From the NCBI GenBank assembly GCA_965602015.1, contig OZ271918.1:1312001-1376000 (forward strand): 64,000 nucleotides of DNA. The letters run 5' to 3'. A program made the translations under genes and the position numbers. Source of the DNA: Salinispira sp. GTDB taxonomy: Bacteria; Spirochaetota; Spirochaetia; DSM-27196; Salinispiraceae. Shown here piece after piece: positions 39,893-49,474 of this stretch. Each line of letters starts with the position of its first letter. Position 1 is the first letter of the stretch. The notes under the pieces are model-generated. The model ran no database searches. It was not told the DNA's origin and saw only the letters and a list, made by a program, of their open reading frames with translations.

Positions 39893-40177
39893 TCAGGAAG
39901 CTTCGTGTAATCGATTATTCACATATTTATTCAAAACACTCGAGACAAGGGTCTGGTAGGGTATTCCTTCCTCGAGGGCTTTTGCCTTCAATTTGCTTAT
40001 GTCTGCAGAACTCATACGAATATTCATTCTCTGATCTTTTATTCCGGTATTATCCGCCGCTGTTTTGAACCTAACCAACTCTTGTTCAGTGAGCGTCACG
40101 ATCTCAAACTCATCATTTTCTATCGAAGCTATCAAATCCTGCTCATAATCATCAAGCGGGGTAAATTCATCGTTCAT
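39893..40177 (-). CDS. BrnA/CopG-like antitoxin (copy 2)
   Basis: Identical to 34850..35134 except two residues (K>I, H>N). Confidence 0.85.
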   Translation of the reverse strand: MNDEFTPLDDYEQDLIASIENDEFEIVTLTEQELVRFKTAADNTGIKDQRMNIRMSSADISKLKAKALEEGIPYQTLVSSVLNKYVNNRLHEAS

Positions 40178-40321
40178 TTGTTCCTCCCAGGATCAAGCGG
40201 GTGTACTTTCTGCTTTTGTAAATGGTCTTTAGAAAATATCCATTTTCTGTCGGTACAGCCGGAACCACGTATACATAATTATTGAGGATAACCAGCAGCA
40301 GTTCCTGGTCGGTATACTTCT
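40167..40321 (-). pseudogene. 5'-truncated BrnT toxin (copy 2)
   Basis: Matches 35124-35278 at an offset of 5043 nt; homology ends where the tRNA 3'-end repeat begins. Confidence 0.85.
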
Positions 40322-40325
40322 AAGG

Positions 40326-40456
40326 TTAGCAGGGGCAGGACTCGGTCTCCAGTCGTCCACTTCCTGTGGACTCCTTCCGACCCGTCCCGAATCCTCTCGC
40401 CCCATCCGGGGGCTCGGCGCTCTAAGTATTCGCGCCCGGAATCGGGCTTCGAGTCC
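40326..40456 (-). ncRNA. tRNA-linked repeat (TLR-like) structured element ending in a copy of the tRNA 3' end
   Basis: 40326-40344 is identical to 40511-40529 (19 bp). On the minus strand GGACTCG...CGAGTCC closes the element, with hairpins GTCCAC-AGGAA-GTGGAC and GCCC-CCGGAT-GGGC inside. Confidence 0.6.
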
Positions 40457-40468
40457 ATGGCCAATTTA

Positions 40469-40507
40469 AAAACATAAAGTCCATCACCTTGCGGTAATGG
40501 ACTTTAT
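40469..40507 (-). terminator. Terminator hairpin downstream of tRNA-fMet
   Basis: Minus strand ATAAAGTCCATTACC-GCAA-GGTGATGGACTTTAT followed by GTTTTT. Confidence 0.75.
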
Positions 40508-40511
40508 CTTT

Positions 40512-40584
40512 TAGCAGGGGCAGGACTCGAACCTGCGACCTCCGGGTTATGAGCCCGACGAGCTGCCAACTGCTCTACCCTGCG
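40512..40584 (-). tRNA. tRNA-Met (CAT), initiator type; CCA not encoded
   Basis: CGCAGGGTAGAGCAGTTGGCAGCTCGTCGGGCTCATAACCCGGAGGTCGCAGGTTCGAGTCCTGCCCCTGCTA: unpaired C1, GGG/CCC anticodon stem, GTTCGA T-loop. Confidence 0.97.
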
Positions 40585-40598
40585 TCGATTGAGTTGGT

Positions 40599-40627
40599 AA
40601 TATACCGGCGCTCTGGGAAAGTGTCAA
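40599..40627 (-). promoter_or_regulatory. tRNA promoter
   Basis: Minus strand TTGACA-17-TATATT. Confidence 0.75.
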
Positions 40628-40669
40628 GGGAACCGGGGAAAAAATATCAAAAGCCAAACACCGCCCTAA

Positions 40670-41323
40670 TCAGCCGCCCGGGCTGTAGTCTCGAGGGCTG
40701 GTAATGGAGTTCAGGAGAAATATGGCCCCGGCAAGCAGAAGTAGAAATGAGATGTATGACAGGGGTATGGGCAGCTGTACAATTTGATTGTAGCCGAGGT
40801 GGAGGGCTATCACCGCCAGAACCAGGATGAACTTGCGTACGCCGCTCCTTTGTATTGCGCTAATGTAGCCAAGCAGGCCGCCGCTGACCATGTGCAGGGG
40901 AATGCTTCCCAGCAGCATGCTGGTGGTGAACAAGGTGATATTCGAAAAAAAATAGAGGTAGGTCTCAACCAGGCCAAATGACAGTCCGAGGATTATACCT
41001 GCCAGCACCCGTTGGCGGAATCGCTGGAGGGGCTCCTGTGCCAGAAGAAGCCGACCCACCGCGGCGGCGAGCAGCAGGTATTTAACAAGTTCTTCGCTGA
41101 AGGGAGATATGAGCATTCCCAACCCGCCTTCATATCCCGGCACCATATCTTTTGCGGTAAGCAGGATTATATAGGTGATCATTGTTGCCCCGGCTCCGAA
41201 TAGAGAGTAGGCGGTAATTCCGATAATTCGTATGCTCAGGCCTGTGGTGCGAATGAACGCCTTGGTATAGATGATTATCAGCATGGCATAGACTGCTGCG
41301 GGAAACAGCAACAGGGCGGGCAT
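40670..41323 (-). CDS. PrsW family intramembrane metalloprotease
   Basis: PFSEELVK, GLSFGLVET..Y, PLHM, ALHLGYN. Confidence 0.85.
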   Translation of the reverse strand: MPALLLFPAAVYAMLIIIYTKAFIRTTGLSIRIIGITAYSLFGAGATMITYIILLTAKDMVPGYEGGLGMLISPFSEELVKYLLLAAAVGRLLLAQEPLQRFRQRVLAGIILGLSFGLVETYLYFFSNITLFTTSMLLGSIPLHMVSGGLLGYISAIQRSGVRKFILVLAVIALHLGYNQIVQLPIPLSYISFLLLLAGAIFLLNSITSPRDYSPGG

Positions 41324-42375
41324 TATAGCTCTCCGAGAATTTCTGCGATCCGGGCCATCAGCTCAGGTTCTGCCAGGGTGATGCGCAGGTATTCCGGCAT
41401 CCCGAAGCTGCACAGGTCTCTGACGCTGATTCCCCGGCTTTCCAGCAGGGCTGCGGCTTCTGCCGCGTTGCCCGTCGGACTTTTTACGCAAATAAAGTTT
41501 CCCTGGGTTTCGAGATAGCCGATGTTGCGACGGCTCAGTTCCCGGGAGAACCGCTTTCGGCTCGACCTGTTGAGTTCCAGGCTTTGTTCGGCAAAATCCC
41601 GGTCGTTAATGGCTGCAATGGCCCCGGCCTGAGCCGAGCTGTTGATGTTAAACGGGCTCTTCACCTTGAGAAGCTGCTTGATGATATTCCTGTCGGCCAG
41701 GCCGTAGCCTATTCTCAGGGCTGCCAGCCCGAAGAGTTTCGAAAAAGTTCCGGTAACCAGAACATTCTTGTGCTTGCCGATGAGGGTCGCGGCATCGAGG
41801 TATTCCGCTGAGTCGGCATATTCCCGGTAGGCCTGATCTATCACAATGAGAATATCATCTCGTGTGGTTTCGACGAAATTCCGTAGATCGGCGGCGGGAA
41901 TTATCCTTCCCGTGGGATTATTGGGACTGCACAGGAAGACGATGCGGGTGTCTTTATCAATCGCCCCGGCTATGGCCGTCAAATCGAAGTGCAGGTCGTT
42001 CATCTCGACTGCCCGGTACTCGCCGCCGAATAGGCTCGTGGAAAACTCGTACTGGCTGAAGCTGTGCCGGCTGCCCACTGCATTTGTGCCTTCTTCGATG
42101 AGGGCCGCTGCGCAGAAGCTGAACACCTCGTCGCTGCCGTTTCCCGCAATTACCTGGTCAGCCTGGACGCCCCGCCAGGAGGCGATGGCTTCATTGAGTT
42201 CTGCCGAAACCATGGATGGATACACTGCAACCTGCGAGGCCTGCCGTTGTACCGCCACGATGGCCAGCGGGCTGGGACCCAGGGGGTTTTCATTCGAGGA
42301 TAACTTGATGTTTCCCGGTCGCTTCTTTCCGGGATGATAGTCGTTGATTCCGCTCAGGGCGTTACGCCATTTCAT
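41323..42375 (-). CDS. hisC: Histidinol-phosphate aminotransferase
   Basis: KLSSNENPLGPSP, GNGSDE, CSPNNPTG, IDQAY.EY, TFSKLFGLAALRIGY. Confidence 0.9.
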   Translation of the reverse strand: MKWRNALSGINDYHPGKKRPGNIKLSSNENPLGPSPLAIVAVQRQASQVAVYPSMVSAELNEAIASWRGVQADQVIAGNGSDEVFSFCAAALIEEGTNAVGSRHSFSQYEFSTSLFGGEYRAVEMNDLHFDLTAIAGAIDKDTRIVFLCSPNNPTGRIIPAADLRNFVETTRDDILIVIDQAYREYADSAEYLDAATLIGKHKNVLVTGTFSKLFGLAALRIGYGLADRNIIKQLLKVKSPFNINSSAQAGAIAAINDRDFAEQSLELNRSSRKRFSRELSRRNIGYLETQGNFICVKSPTGNAAEAAALLESRGISVRDLCSFGMPEYLRITLAEPELMARIAEILGEL

Positions 42376-42422
42376 AGTTTATAGAGTATAATAAATGCTC
42401 ACAGCGTGGTACAGGAGGTAAT

Positions 42423-43184
42423 ATGAACGCCCAGACTGTCGAACTCTTTGGTTATGCCGCCAGCGTATTTGTGGCCATTTCCCTGCTCATGGTATCCCTG
42501 GTTAAGCTTCGAATTCTCAATCTGATCGGCTGTACGTTTTTTGTGATTTACGGCTCGCTTCTCGGGTCGATTCCCATCGTCCTGACCAACGGCTTTATTA
42601 TGCTGGTGAATATATACTTCCTGGTACAGATGTACCGCAAGGATATTTCCAGTTTCGAATATGTATCTGCAGACAAGAGGCTTCCCGAGCTCATGGATTT
42701 CTATCGGCTGCGGCAGAAGGACATTGCCCGGTATTACCCGGATTTTCGCGAATGCCACCTTCGTGCTGCCTCGGAGGGACGGGGTCTGGTCTATGCTGCG
42801 CGAAAAGGGGCCAGGATTCAGGGCTTTGCCATAGCCCTGGGCGAGGAATCGATGAATCTCGGTCAGTACTGCGACGATTCCCAAGGCTTCAAATCGGCAA
42901 TTCAAACTGTCAGGGATTCGCAATATAGCGGGGAACCCCTATTTCTCGCTGATTACATCGTCCGCAAATACCGTGATCTCGGGCTCGCCCGGATCTTCCA
43001 CGAAAAACTGGTTGAAGATCTTTCAGACAGCCACGGGGCGTTTTTGTGGCTGAATCACCGGGATAACCGCAGAATGAAACGCTTGCTGCTTTCCCTCGGC
43101 TACGAACAGGTCGAGCAGACCGAAGATTATCAGCTGCTCAGGCTCGACATCAAAAGCAAGGGCCTGGCGGCCCCGGCTTCCTAA
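42423..43184 (+). CDS. YgjV-like membrane N-terminus fused to a GNAT-like domain
   Basis: GYAASVFVAISLLMVSLVKLRILNLIG..FVIYG; C-terminal DYIVRKYRDLGLA. Confidence 0.65.
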   Translation: MNAQTVELFGYAASVFVAISLLMVSLVKLRILNLIGCTFFVIYGSLLGSIPIVLTNGFIMLVNIYFLVQMYRKDISSFEYVSADKRLPELMDFYRLRQKDIARYYPDFRECHLRAASEGRGLVYAARKGARIQGFAIALGEESMNLGQYCDDSQGFKSAIQTVRDSQYSGEPLFLADYIVRKYRDLGLARIFHEKLVEDLSDSHGAFLWLNHRDNRRMKRLLLSLGYEQVEQTEDYQLLRLDIKSKGLAAPAS

Positions 43185-43423
43185 TCTTTCTTCCTGGGAA
43201 TCTGCGGAGGATTTGCTTTCAAATACGCGTGATCTCCGCTGAGGTCCTCGATGAGCTCGTCGAGGGTCATTTTGATGGAATTAGGGGTGGTTTTTGCGAA
43301 AATCAGATCCCCGGGGTTCTCGAACTGCTGTTTTACCACCTTCATTATGGTCACGATTTCATCATTACTGAATCCGTTAAGGATTATCACCTTGTTTTCC
43401 AAATGCTTGCTGTTCTCACTCAT
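43181..43423 (-). CDS. DUF3783 domain protein
   Basis: VIILNGFS.DEI..IMK.VK......IFAKTTPNS...TL.ELIEDL..DH.Y. Confidence 0.75.
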   Translation of the reverse strand: MSENSKHLENKVIILNGFSNDEIVTIMKVVKQQFENPGDLIFAKTTPNSIKMTLDELIEDLSGDHAYLKANPPQIPRKKD

Positions 43424-43518
43424 ACCCTCAAAAATAGTACGGCCGGGGCGCGGCTGTCCAGCTCAAAGCGGCATAACTTCAGCTTGCCCGGATTGGACAG
43501 TCTCGGTACATTTTAGCC

Positions 43519-46104
43519 ATGAACTACGAACGAATGACCACCAAGGCCCGTGAGGCGGTGCAGCAGGCATCGTCCCACGTATTAAAAGCAAACCAGAGCA
43601 ATCTCACTCCCTGGCACCTCCTGCTTGCTCTCCTGGAACAGGAAAACGGCATGGTGCCGGTAATTTTTAATCATCTCGGAATCGAAATAGACAGCCGTAT
43701 TTCGGAGATTCAGCAGAAAATCTCCACCTTTCCCAAGATCTACGGCGATTCTGCTCAGATTCAGATGGATCAGCACAGCGCCCGGGTACTGGCGGTGGCC
43801 GAAGAACAGGCATCCCAGATGAACGATGAGTACGTTTCAACCGAGCACTTCCTCCTGGCCATGCTTTCCATCGGCGCCGAGACCGGCAAGTGGCTAAAAG
43901 GCATCGGACTTGAACTTGAGGGACTCACCCGGGCAATAAAGGATGTGCGCGGCAATCGCCGGATCTCCGATGAAAACCCCGAGAACAAGGTGAGGGTTCT
44001 CGAAAAATACACCAGAGATTACACGGCCCTCGCCCGGGAGGAAAAACTTGATCCGGTTATCGGTAGGGACGAGGAGATTCGCCGGGTCATGCAGGTCCTC
44101 AGCCGCCGTACAAAAAACAATCCGGTTCTTATCGGAGAGCCGGGGGTTGGAAAAACTGCAATAGTCGAAGGTCTGGCCCGGCGCATCGTCAGCGGCGATG
44201 TGCCGGATTCTCTCAAGGACAAACGGGTCCTTGCCCTCGACCTGGGAGCCCTTCTTGCAGGCACCAAATTCCGCGGGGAGTTTGAAGAACGCCTCAAGGC
44301 GGTAATTGAGGAAATTGTCGCCTCCAAGGGCCGGATCATCTTATTTATCGATGAATTACACACCCTCATGGGCGCCGGAGCCGCCGAAGGGGCTATGGAT
44401 GCTTCAAACCTTCTCAAGCCGCCCCTTGCCAGAGGAGAGCTTCGGACCGTGGGGGCCACGACCCTCGACGAGTATCGGAAGCATATTGAAAAAGACGCGG
44501 CCTTCGAACGGCGCTTCCAAACGGTATTTACCGAAGAGCCGAACGTGGAAAACACCATTTCCATACTTAGGGGGCTTCGCGAGCGCTATGAAGTGCATCA
44601 CGGGGTCCGCATAAAGGATGAAGCCCTGGTTGCCGCGGCGACCCTTTCAGACCGCTACATTACCAGCAGGTTCCTGCCGGACAAAGCCATCGATTTGGTG
44701 GATGAGGCCGCCAGCCGCCTCAAAATGGAAATTGAAAGCCAACCCACCGAGCTCGATCAACTCGAACGGCGCATTCTCCAACTCACCATAGAGAAACAGG
44801 CCCTCTCCAAGGAATCCGACCAGGCTTCCAGAAAACGTCTGGAGACCATCTCCGATGAACTGGTAGCCCTCCAGGAAGACCGCGACAGGCTGGCCACCCA
44901 ATGGAACCGGGAGAAGGGTGAAATCGGCCGCATCAGGGAAATCAAGGAACAGCTTGAGAAGATGCACGCCCAGGAAATTCTCTACACCCGGGAGGGCAAC
45001 CTGGAGAAAGCGGCGGAAATTCACCATGGTCAAATTCCCGCCCTTAACCGCGAGCTTGAAGAAGTGAGCCGACGGATGGGCGGTCAGCAGGAAGGCCAAT
45101 CCCTGCTTCGGGAAGAGGTGAGCGAAGAAGACATTGCCAAGGTGGTGTCGGTCTGGACGGGAATCCCGGTAAGCAAAATGCTTAAAAGCGAGATGGAAAA
45201 GCTGCTGAATCTCGAGTCCATCCTCGGGCAGCGGGTCGTCGGCCAGGCTGCGGCTCTTGAGGCCGTGGCCGATGCCATCCGTAGGAATAAAAGCGGCCTG
45301 TCCGATATCAACAGACCTATGGGCGTGTTCATGTTTATGGGACCCACGGGGGTCGGAAAAACCGAAACCGCCAAGACCCTCGCCGAGTTTCTTTTTGATG
45401 ACGAGCGGGCTCTGACACGGATCGATATGAGCGAATATATGGAGAAATTCGCCGTCAGCCGGCTTATCGGCGCCCCTCCGGGATACGTGGGCTATGAACA
45501 GGGGGGACAACTCACCGAAGTCATCAGGCGGCGGCCGTATTCGGTAATTTTGCTGGATGAAATCGAAAAGGCACATCCCGACGTGTTTAACATTCTCCTG
45601 CAGCTATTTGATGACGGTAGACTGACCGATGGTCAGGGAAGGGTGGTCAATTTTCGGAATACCATCATTATAATGACCAGCAACATTGCCAGCGATGTCA
45701 TTCTGGAGTCCGAAAATGTGGACGAAATCATGCCGCTGATAGAGCAGCAGTTAAAAAACCACTTCAGGCCGGAGTTTCTCAACCGCCTGGATGAGGTTAT
45801 CAGCTTCCACCGCCTCGACCGCAGCCATCTGAATCGAATTTTTGATATCGAACTGTCCAAGCTTCAGCGCCGCCTGAGCGAACAGCGCCTGACTCTTGAG
45901 GTCAGCGACAAGGCCAGGGAGTACGTAATCTCCTTGAGCTTCGACCCCCAATTCGGCGCCCGGCCGCTCAAGCGGGCGGTTCAGGCTCACATCCAAAATC
46001 CCCTTGCCAAACTGCTTCTCGGCGGCGATTACGAGCCCGGTTCGGTCATCCGCGCGGATGTGGAGGACGGAAGCGAAGGCCGGCTCACATTTTCCCGGCG
46101 TTGA
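43519..46104 (+). CDS. clpB: ATP-dependent chaperone ClpB
   Basis: [21 protein letters not shown], coiled-coil middle domain, [28 protein letters not shown]. Confidence 0.97.
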   Translation: MNYERMTTKAREAVQQASSHVLKANQSNLTPWHLLLALLEQENGMVPVIFNHLGIEIDSRISEIQQKISTFPKIYGDSAQIQMDQHSARVLAVAEEQASQMNDEYVSTEHFLLAMLSIGAETGKWLKGIGLELEGLTRAIKDVRGNRRISDENPENKVRVLEKYTRDYTALAREEKLDPVIGRDEEIRRVMQVLSRRTKNNPVLIGEPGVGKTAIVEGLARRIVSGDVPDSLKDKRVLALDLGALLAGTKFRGEFEERLKAVIEEIVASKGRIILFIDELHTLMGAGAAEGAMDASNLLKPPLARGELRTVGATTLDEYRKHIEKDAAFERRFQTVFTEEPNVENTISILRGLRERYEVHHGVRIKDEALVAAATLSDRYITSRFLPDKAIDLVDEAASRLKMEIESQPTELDQLERRILQLTIEKQALSKESDQASRKRLETISDELVALQEDRDRLATQWNREKGEIGRIREIKEQLEKMHAQEILYTREGNLEKAAEIHHGQIPALNRELEEVSRRMGGQQEGQSLLREEVSEEDIAKVVSVWTGIPVSKMLKSEMEKLLNLESILGQRVVGQAAALEAVADAIRRNKSGLSDINRPMGVFMFMGPTGVGKTETAKTLAEFLFDDERALTRIDMSEYMEKFAVSRLIGAPPGYVGYEQGGQLTEVIRRRPYSVILLDEIEKAHPDVFNILLQLFDDGRLTDGQGRVVNFRNTIIIMTSNIASDVILESENVDEIMPLIEQQLKNHFRPEFLNRLDEVISFHRLDRSHLNRIFDIELSKLQRRLSEQRLTLEVSDKAREYVISLSFDPQFGARPLKRAVQAHIQNPLAKLLLGGDYEPGSVIRADVEDGSEGRLTFSRR

Positions 46105-46165
46105 CAGGCTAAAATCGATTGTTTAAGGTTTTGCCAGCTGATCAAAGGTTTGGCCAGCTGATCAA
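46101..46165 (+). promoter_or_regulatory. argH promoter overlapped by a 20-bp tandem repeat
   Basis: TTGACA-17-TAAGGT (46101-46129); AAGGTTTTGCCAGCTGATCA / AAGGTTTGGCCAGCTGATCA (46125-46164). Confidence 0.6.
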
Positions 46166-46204
46166 TAGACGCTCCCCGGATTCCCCGGGGAGGGCGGAGG
46201 AAGC

Positions 46205-47581
46205 ATGGCGAAACTGTGGCAGAAATCGTATCAGGTAGATACCCTTCTGGAGAAGTTCACTGTCGGCCGGGATTTTATTCTCGACAGGGAGCTCGGTGTG
46301 GCCGACTGCGCCGGCAGCATAGCCCATGCGAGAATGCTTTCATCCCGGGGCTACCTCAGTATTGATGATCTGAAGAATCTCGAAGTGGGTCTGCGCCGCA
46401 TCGCCCGGGATTTTTACGAGGGTCTTGTGGAGATCCCCCGGGAGGACGAGGACTGCCATACCACAATAGAGCAGATGCTCACCGCCCGCTGCGGCGAAGC
46501 GGGAAAGCGCATCCACCTGGGGCGTTCGAGAAACGACCAGGTCATGACCATGATCAGGCTTTTCGGCCGGGAATACATTCTTGAAATACAGCAGTCCCTC
46601 CTGGATCTCATCGGCACCTTGGAGGCATTCGCCCATCGGCACCAGAAGGTACCCATGCCCGGTCGAACCCATATGCAAATCGCCATGCCATCCACCGTCG
46701 GACTGTGGGCGGCATCCTGGGCAGAAGACCTGATGGACTCGGCCCGGCTGTTGGAAGGTGCCTTCGAGCTGTTCAACCGGTCGCCCCTTGGTACCGCCGC
46801 GGGTTACGGTGTTCCCCTGGACATAGACCGGGAGTACAGCGCGAAGCAGATGGGTTTTCCCGAGGTGCAAAACAACGTTCTTGCGGTTCAGAACAGCAGG
46901 GGTAAGCTCGAATCGGTCGTGGCCTCGGCCATCGATCAGGCCACCCTTTCGCTCAGCAAGGCCGCCCAGGATCTTATCCTCTTTTCACTGCCTGAGTTCG
47001 GCTATTTCTCTCTCCCCGATGAGCTGTGCACCGGATCTTCAATTATGCCCCAGAAGAAAAATCCCGACGGCCTGGAACTATTGAGAAGCCGGGCTGCGAG
47101 CATCAGCGGCTGGACCGATCAGATGAAGCGCATAATTCAATCCCTTCCCAGCGGGTACAACAGGGATTTCCAGGACAGCAAGGAACCGTTTCTCAGAGTG
47201 CTCCATACCGGCCTGGTTTCAATTCGGATAGCCGGACTGACATTTGAAAAGCTCGAGGTTCATGAAGAGCGGCTGCGGCAGGCGCACAGACCCGAGATTT
47301 TCGCCACTGACGAGGCCGTCCGCCTGGTCAAAGACGGCAAGAGCTTCCGCGACGCCTACCGGCAGGTGGGAGGCGCATTGGACGAACTTGGCAGTTATAA
47401 TCTGGATGATGTGCTTGAGAGCCGGAAAGCCACGGGTTATCCGGCGAACCTCAATCTCTCCGGTTTGATAGCCCGATTGCATGAAAGCCGCCAGCGGCTT
47501 GCGGCACATCGGGAAGCCCACTTTGCCGCAGTGGAGAGCCTGCTTGGCCGGGACATCCGGCTTATTCCCCGGAGCGTCTGA
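46205..47581 (+). CDS. argH: Argininosuccinate lyase
   Basis: EDCHT.IE, GRSRNDQV, MPGRTHMQIAMP, TGSSIMPQKKNPD.LEL.R, LPSGYNRDFQ. Confidence 0.96.
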   Translation: MAKLWQKSYQVDTLLEKFTVGRDFILDRELGVADCAGSIAHARMLSSRGYLSIDDLKNLEVGLRRIARDFYEGLVEIPREDEDCHTTIEQMLTARCGEAGKRIHLGRSRNDQVMTMIRLFGREYILEIQQSLLDLIGTLEAFAHRHQKVPMPGRTHMQIAMPSTVGLWAASWAEDLMDSARLLEGAFELFNRSPLGTAAGYGVPLDIDREYSAKQMGFPEVQNNVLAVQNSRGKLESVVASAIDQATLSLSKAAQDLILFSLPEFGYFSLPDELCTGSSIMPQKKNPDGLELLRSRAASISGWTDQMKRIIQSLPSGYNRDFQDSKEPFLRVLHTGLVSIRIAGLTFEKLEVHEERLRQAHRPEIFATDEAVRLVKDGKSFRDAYRQVGGALDELGSYNLDDVLESRKATGYPANLNLSGLIARLHESRQRLAAHREAHFAAVESLLGRDIRLIPRSV

Positions 47582-48407
47582 TTCCCTGCTTGCGGGCAGC
47601 GGATATCGCCCGATAGCTGATTAACGCCGCAAGGGTAATCAGGTAGGGCATGCCCAGAAGTATACCCGGCGCCGAAATGAAGCGCTGAGCTTCATTGGAG
47701 AGAAGCTGGCTCAAGGCGAAAACCGCCGCGGCGCCCAGCATGCTCAAGGGCCGGCGGTTGCCCAGATAAATAATCACCAGGGCTATCCAGCCCTTTCCGG
47801 CGCTCAAATTCGGGACATAACTGCCCAAATGCAGGCTGATCAGCCCTCCGGCCAGGGCTGAAAGCGCAGATGACAGTATGAGCGCTGAGAACTGGTAGGC
47901 TGCCACGTCGGTTCCCTGAATGGCCGCGCTGGTTTCGTCCAGGTGAATCTTGCGCAGCCTGATGCCCGTGCTGTGCCGGGCGAGAAAGAGAGAAAGCGCT
48001 GCGCCGATTACCACCGCAGCCCCGAGACCCGTCCAGCCCGCCTGGTTCTGGAACTGGCTGTCCACCAAAAGATTAACCACCCCCTTGGAGCCGAAGAGCA
48101 CCTGGCTGAGCAGGGGTATGAATCCCCAGGCCATCAGGTTGATTCCCAGCCCAACAATGAACACATTGGCCTGCCTGCGTATGCTCAAGTAGCCGCTCAC
48201 CCAGCCGAGAACCGCTCCTGATGCCGTAGCGGCAAGAAGGGCCAGGGGCAGGGAGGGCAGGGCCAGGTAGCTGGCGGCCGCCGCAAAGGCGCCGAAGAGT
48301 ATGGCACCTTCAAGCCCGATATTGAGTCTTCCCGAGAGCTCGCTGAGAAGTCCCCCGAGAGCGGCAATATACAGCGGTGCGGTTTGAATAATGAGGGCGA
48401 GAATCAC
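47562..48407 (-). CDS. Nucleoside/sugar ABC transporter permease
   Basis: AALGGLLSELSGRLNIGLEG, AGKGWIAL, PYLITL. Confidence 0.9.
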   Translation of the reverse strand: MILALIIQTAPLYIAALGGLLSELSGRLNIGLEGAILFGAFAAAASYLALPSLPLALLAATASGAVLGWVSGYLSIRRQANVFIVGLGINLMAWGFIPLLSQVLFGSKGVVNLLVDSQFQNQAGWTGLGAAVVIGAALSLFLARHSTGIRLRKIHLDETSAAIQGTDVAAYQFSALILSSALSALAGGLISLHLGSYVPNLSAGKGWIALVIIYLGNRRPLSMLGAAAVFALSQLLSNEAQRFISAPGILLGMPYLITLAALISYRAISAARKQGIRRSGE

Positions 48408-49474
48408 CGGGAACCTCCGGGCGTTTTTTCTGGCGAAGCGGGGGCCCTTCTGAGGGATCGAAGCCGTGGAGGGGTTTTTATGGTGAAATTTACCGATATA
48501 AGCAAAAACACCGTGGCCTGAATTACCGTCGACAGTTCAAAGCTGAAGTCGGTGAAAATCATGGCGGCATTCCCCGCGCTGATTAAATATGAAAAAATCA
48601 GCGAGGCCAGAGGCAGGTTCTTCAGGCGGTTTCCCCCGACAAGGCTTACGGCTATGCCGTTCCACCCGATTCCCGAGCTGAAGCCCAGGACCGCCGCCCC
48701 GTGCACTCCGGTCAGCGCGATAAAACCGGCGATCCCGTGGAAACTGGCGCTGAGCGTGAGGGCCAAAATCATCATGCCCGAAACCGGAAGTCCGGCAAAC
48801 CGGGCGAAGTTCCCGTTTGCCCCGGAAATCTTGAGCTCGAAGCCTCTGCGGCTGTGGTGGTACCACAAAGTGACTATCAGCCAGAACATCAGGGCCATAA
48901 AAATGCCCAGGTGTATTTTCGGAAGCGAGGCAATATAGGGCAGCCGGACCCCCTGGGGGATGCGGGGCATGGTCAGGAGGTTGGAATTCACATCCCTCAA
49001 GGGACCGATTATCAGACTGTCCATTACGGGTATAAGACCGGCGGAGAGCAGGAAACTGCTTATGAGCGGGTCAATATCGAGCTTTGTTTTGAGCACCGCA
49101 GCCAGGAGTCCCTGAAATGCGGAAACTACCACCGCAGCAAGTATGGCCAGAATAAACAGCAGGGCCAGAAGACCCGCGCCCTGGGACTGCGAACCGGAGG
49201 CCAGGAGAAACACCAGGGCCGCCGCCAGCCCTCCGGAATAGCTCTGGCCTTCGCCTCCCAGATTAAACGAACCGGCGCTAAAGGCGATGCTGACCCCGGT
49301 ACCGCTGAGAAGAAGCAGCGCAGCGGTGGAGAGCATTGAACTGAAATAGAATCCGTTGGTCAGCGGGGCGAGAAAAAACGCCCTGAGAGCGGCGGGAACC
49401 GAGTCGGTTCCAAGTACTATGAGAACGACGGCGACCGCCGTGGCGATTCCCAGGGGGAGGAGGGATTTACGCAT
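48404..49474 (-). CDS. Nucleoside/sugar ABC transporter permease
   Basis: FNLGGEGQ, GFELKISGAN..FARFAG, GIGWNGIAV. Confidence 0.9.
   Translation of the reverse strand: MRKSLLPLGIATAVAVVLIVLGTDSVPAALRAFFLAPLTNGFYFSSMLSTAALLLLSGTGVSIAFSAGSFNLGGEGQSYSGGLAAALVFLLASGSQSQGAGLLALLFILAILAAVVVSAFQGLLAAVLKTKLDIDPLISSFLLSAGLIPVMDSLIIGPLRDVNSNLLTMPRIPQGVRLPYIASLPKIHLGIFMALMFWLIVTLWYHHSRRGFELKISGANGNFARFAGLPVSGMMILALTLSASFHGIAGFIALTGVHGAAVLGFSSGIGWNGIAVSLVGGNRLKNLPLASLIFSYLISAGNAAMIFTDFSFELSTVIQATVFLLISVNFTIKTPPRLRSLRRAPASPEKTPGGSR

Noticed and set aside
34716..40584. Prophage or ICE at tRNA-fMet
   Set aside because: No integrase, structural or conjugation genes, and the tRNA-end repeat is only ~185 bp from the tRNA.
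44647..45576. 309-aa minus-strand ORF
   Set aside because: Antisense shadow of clpB.
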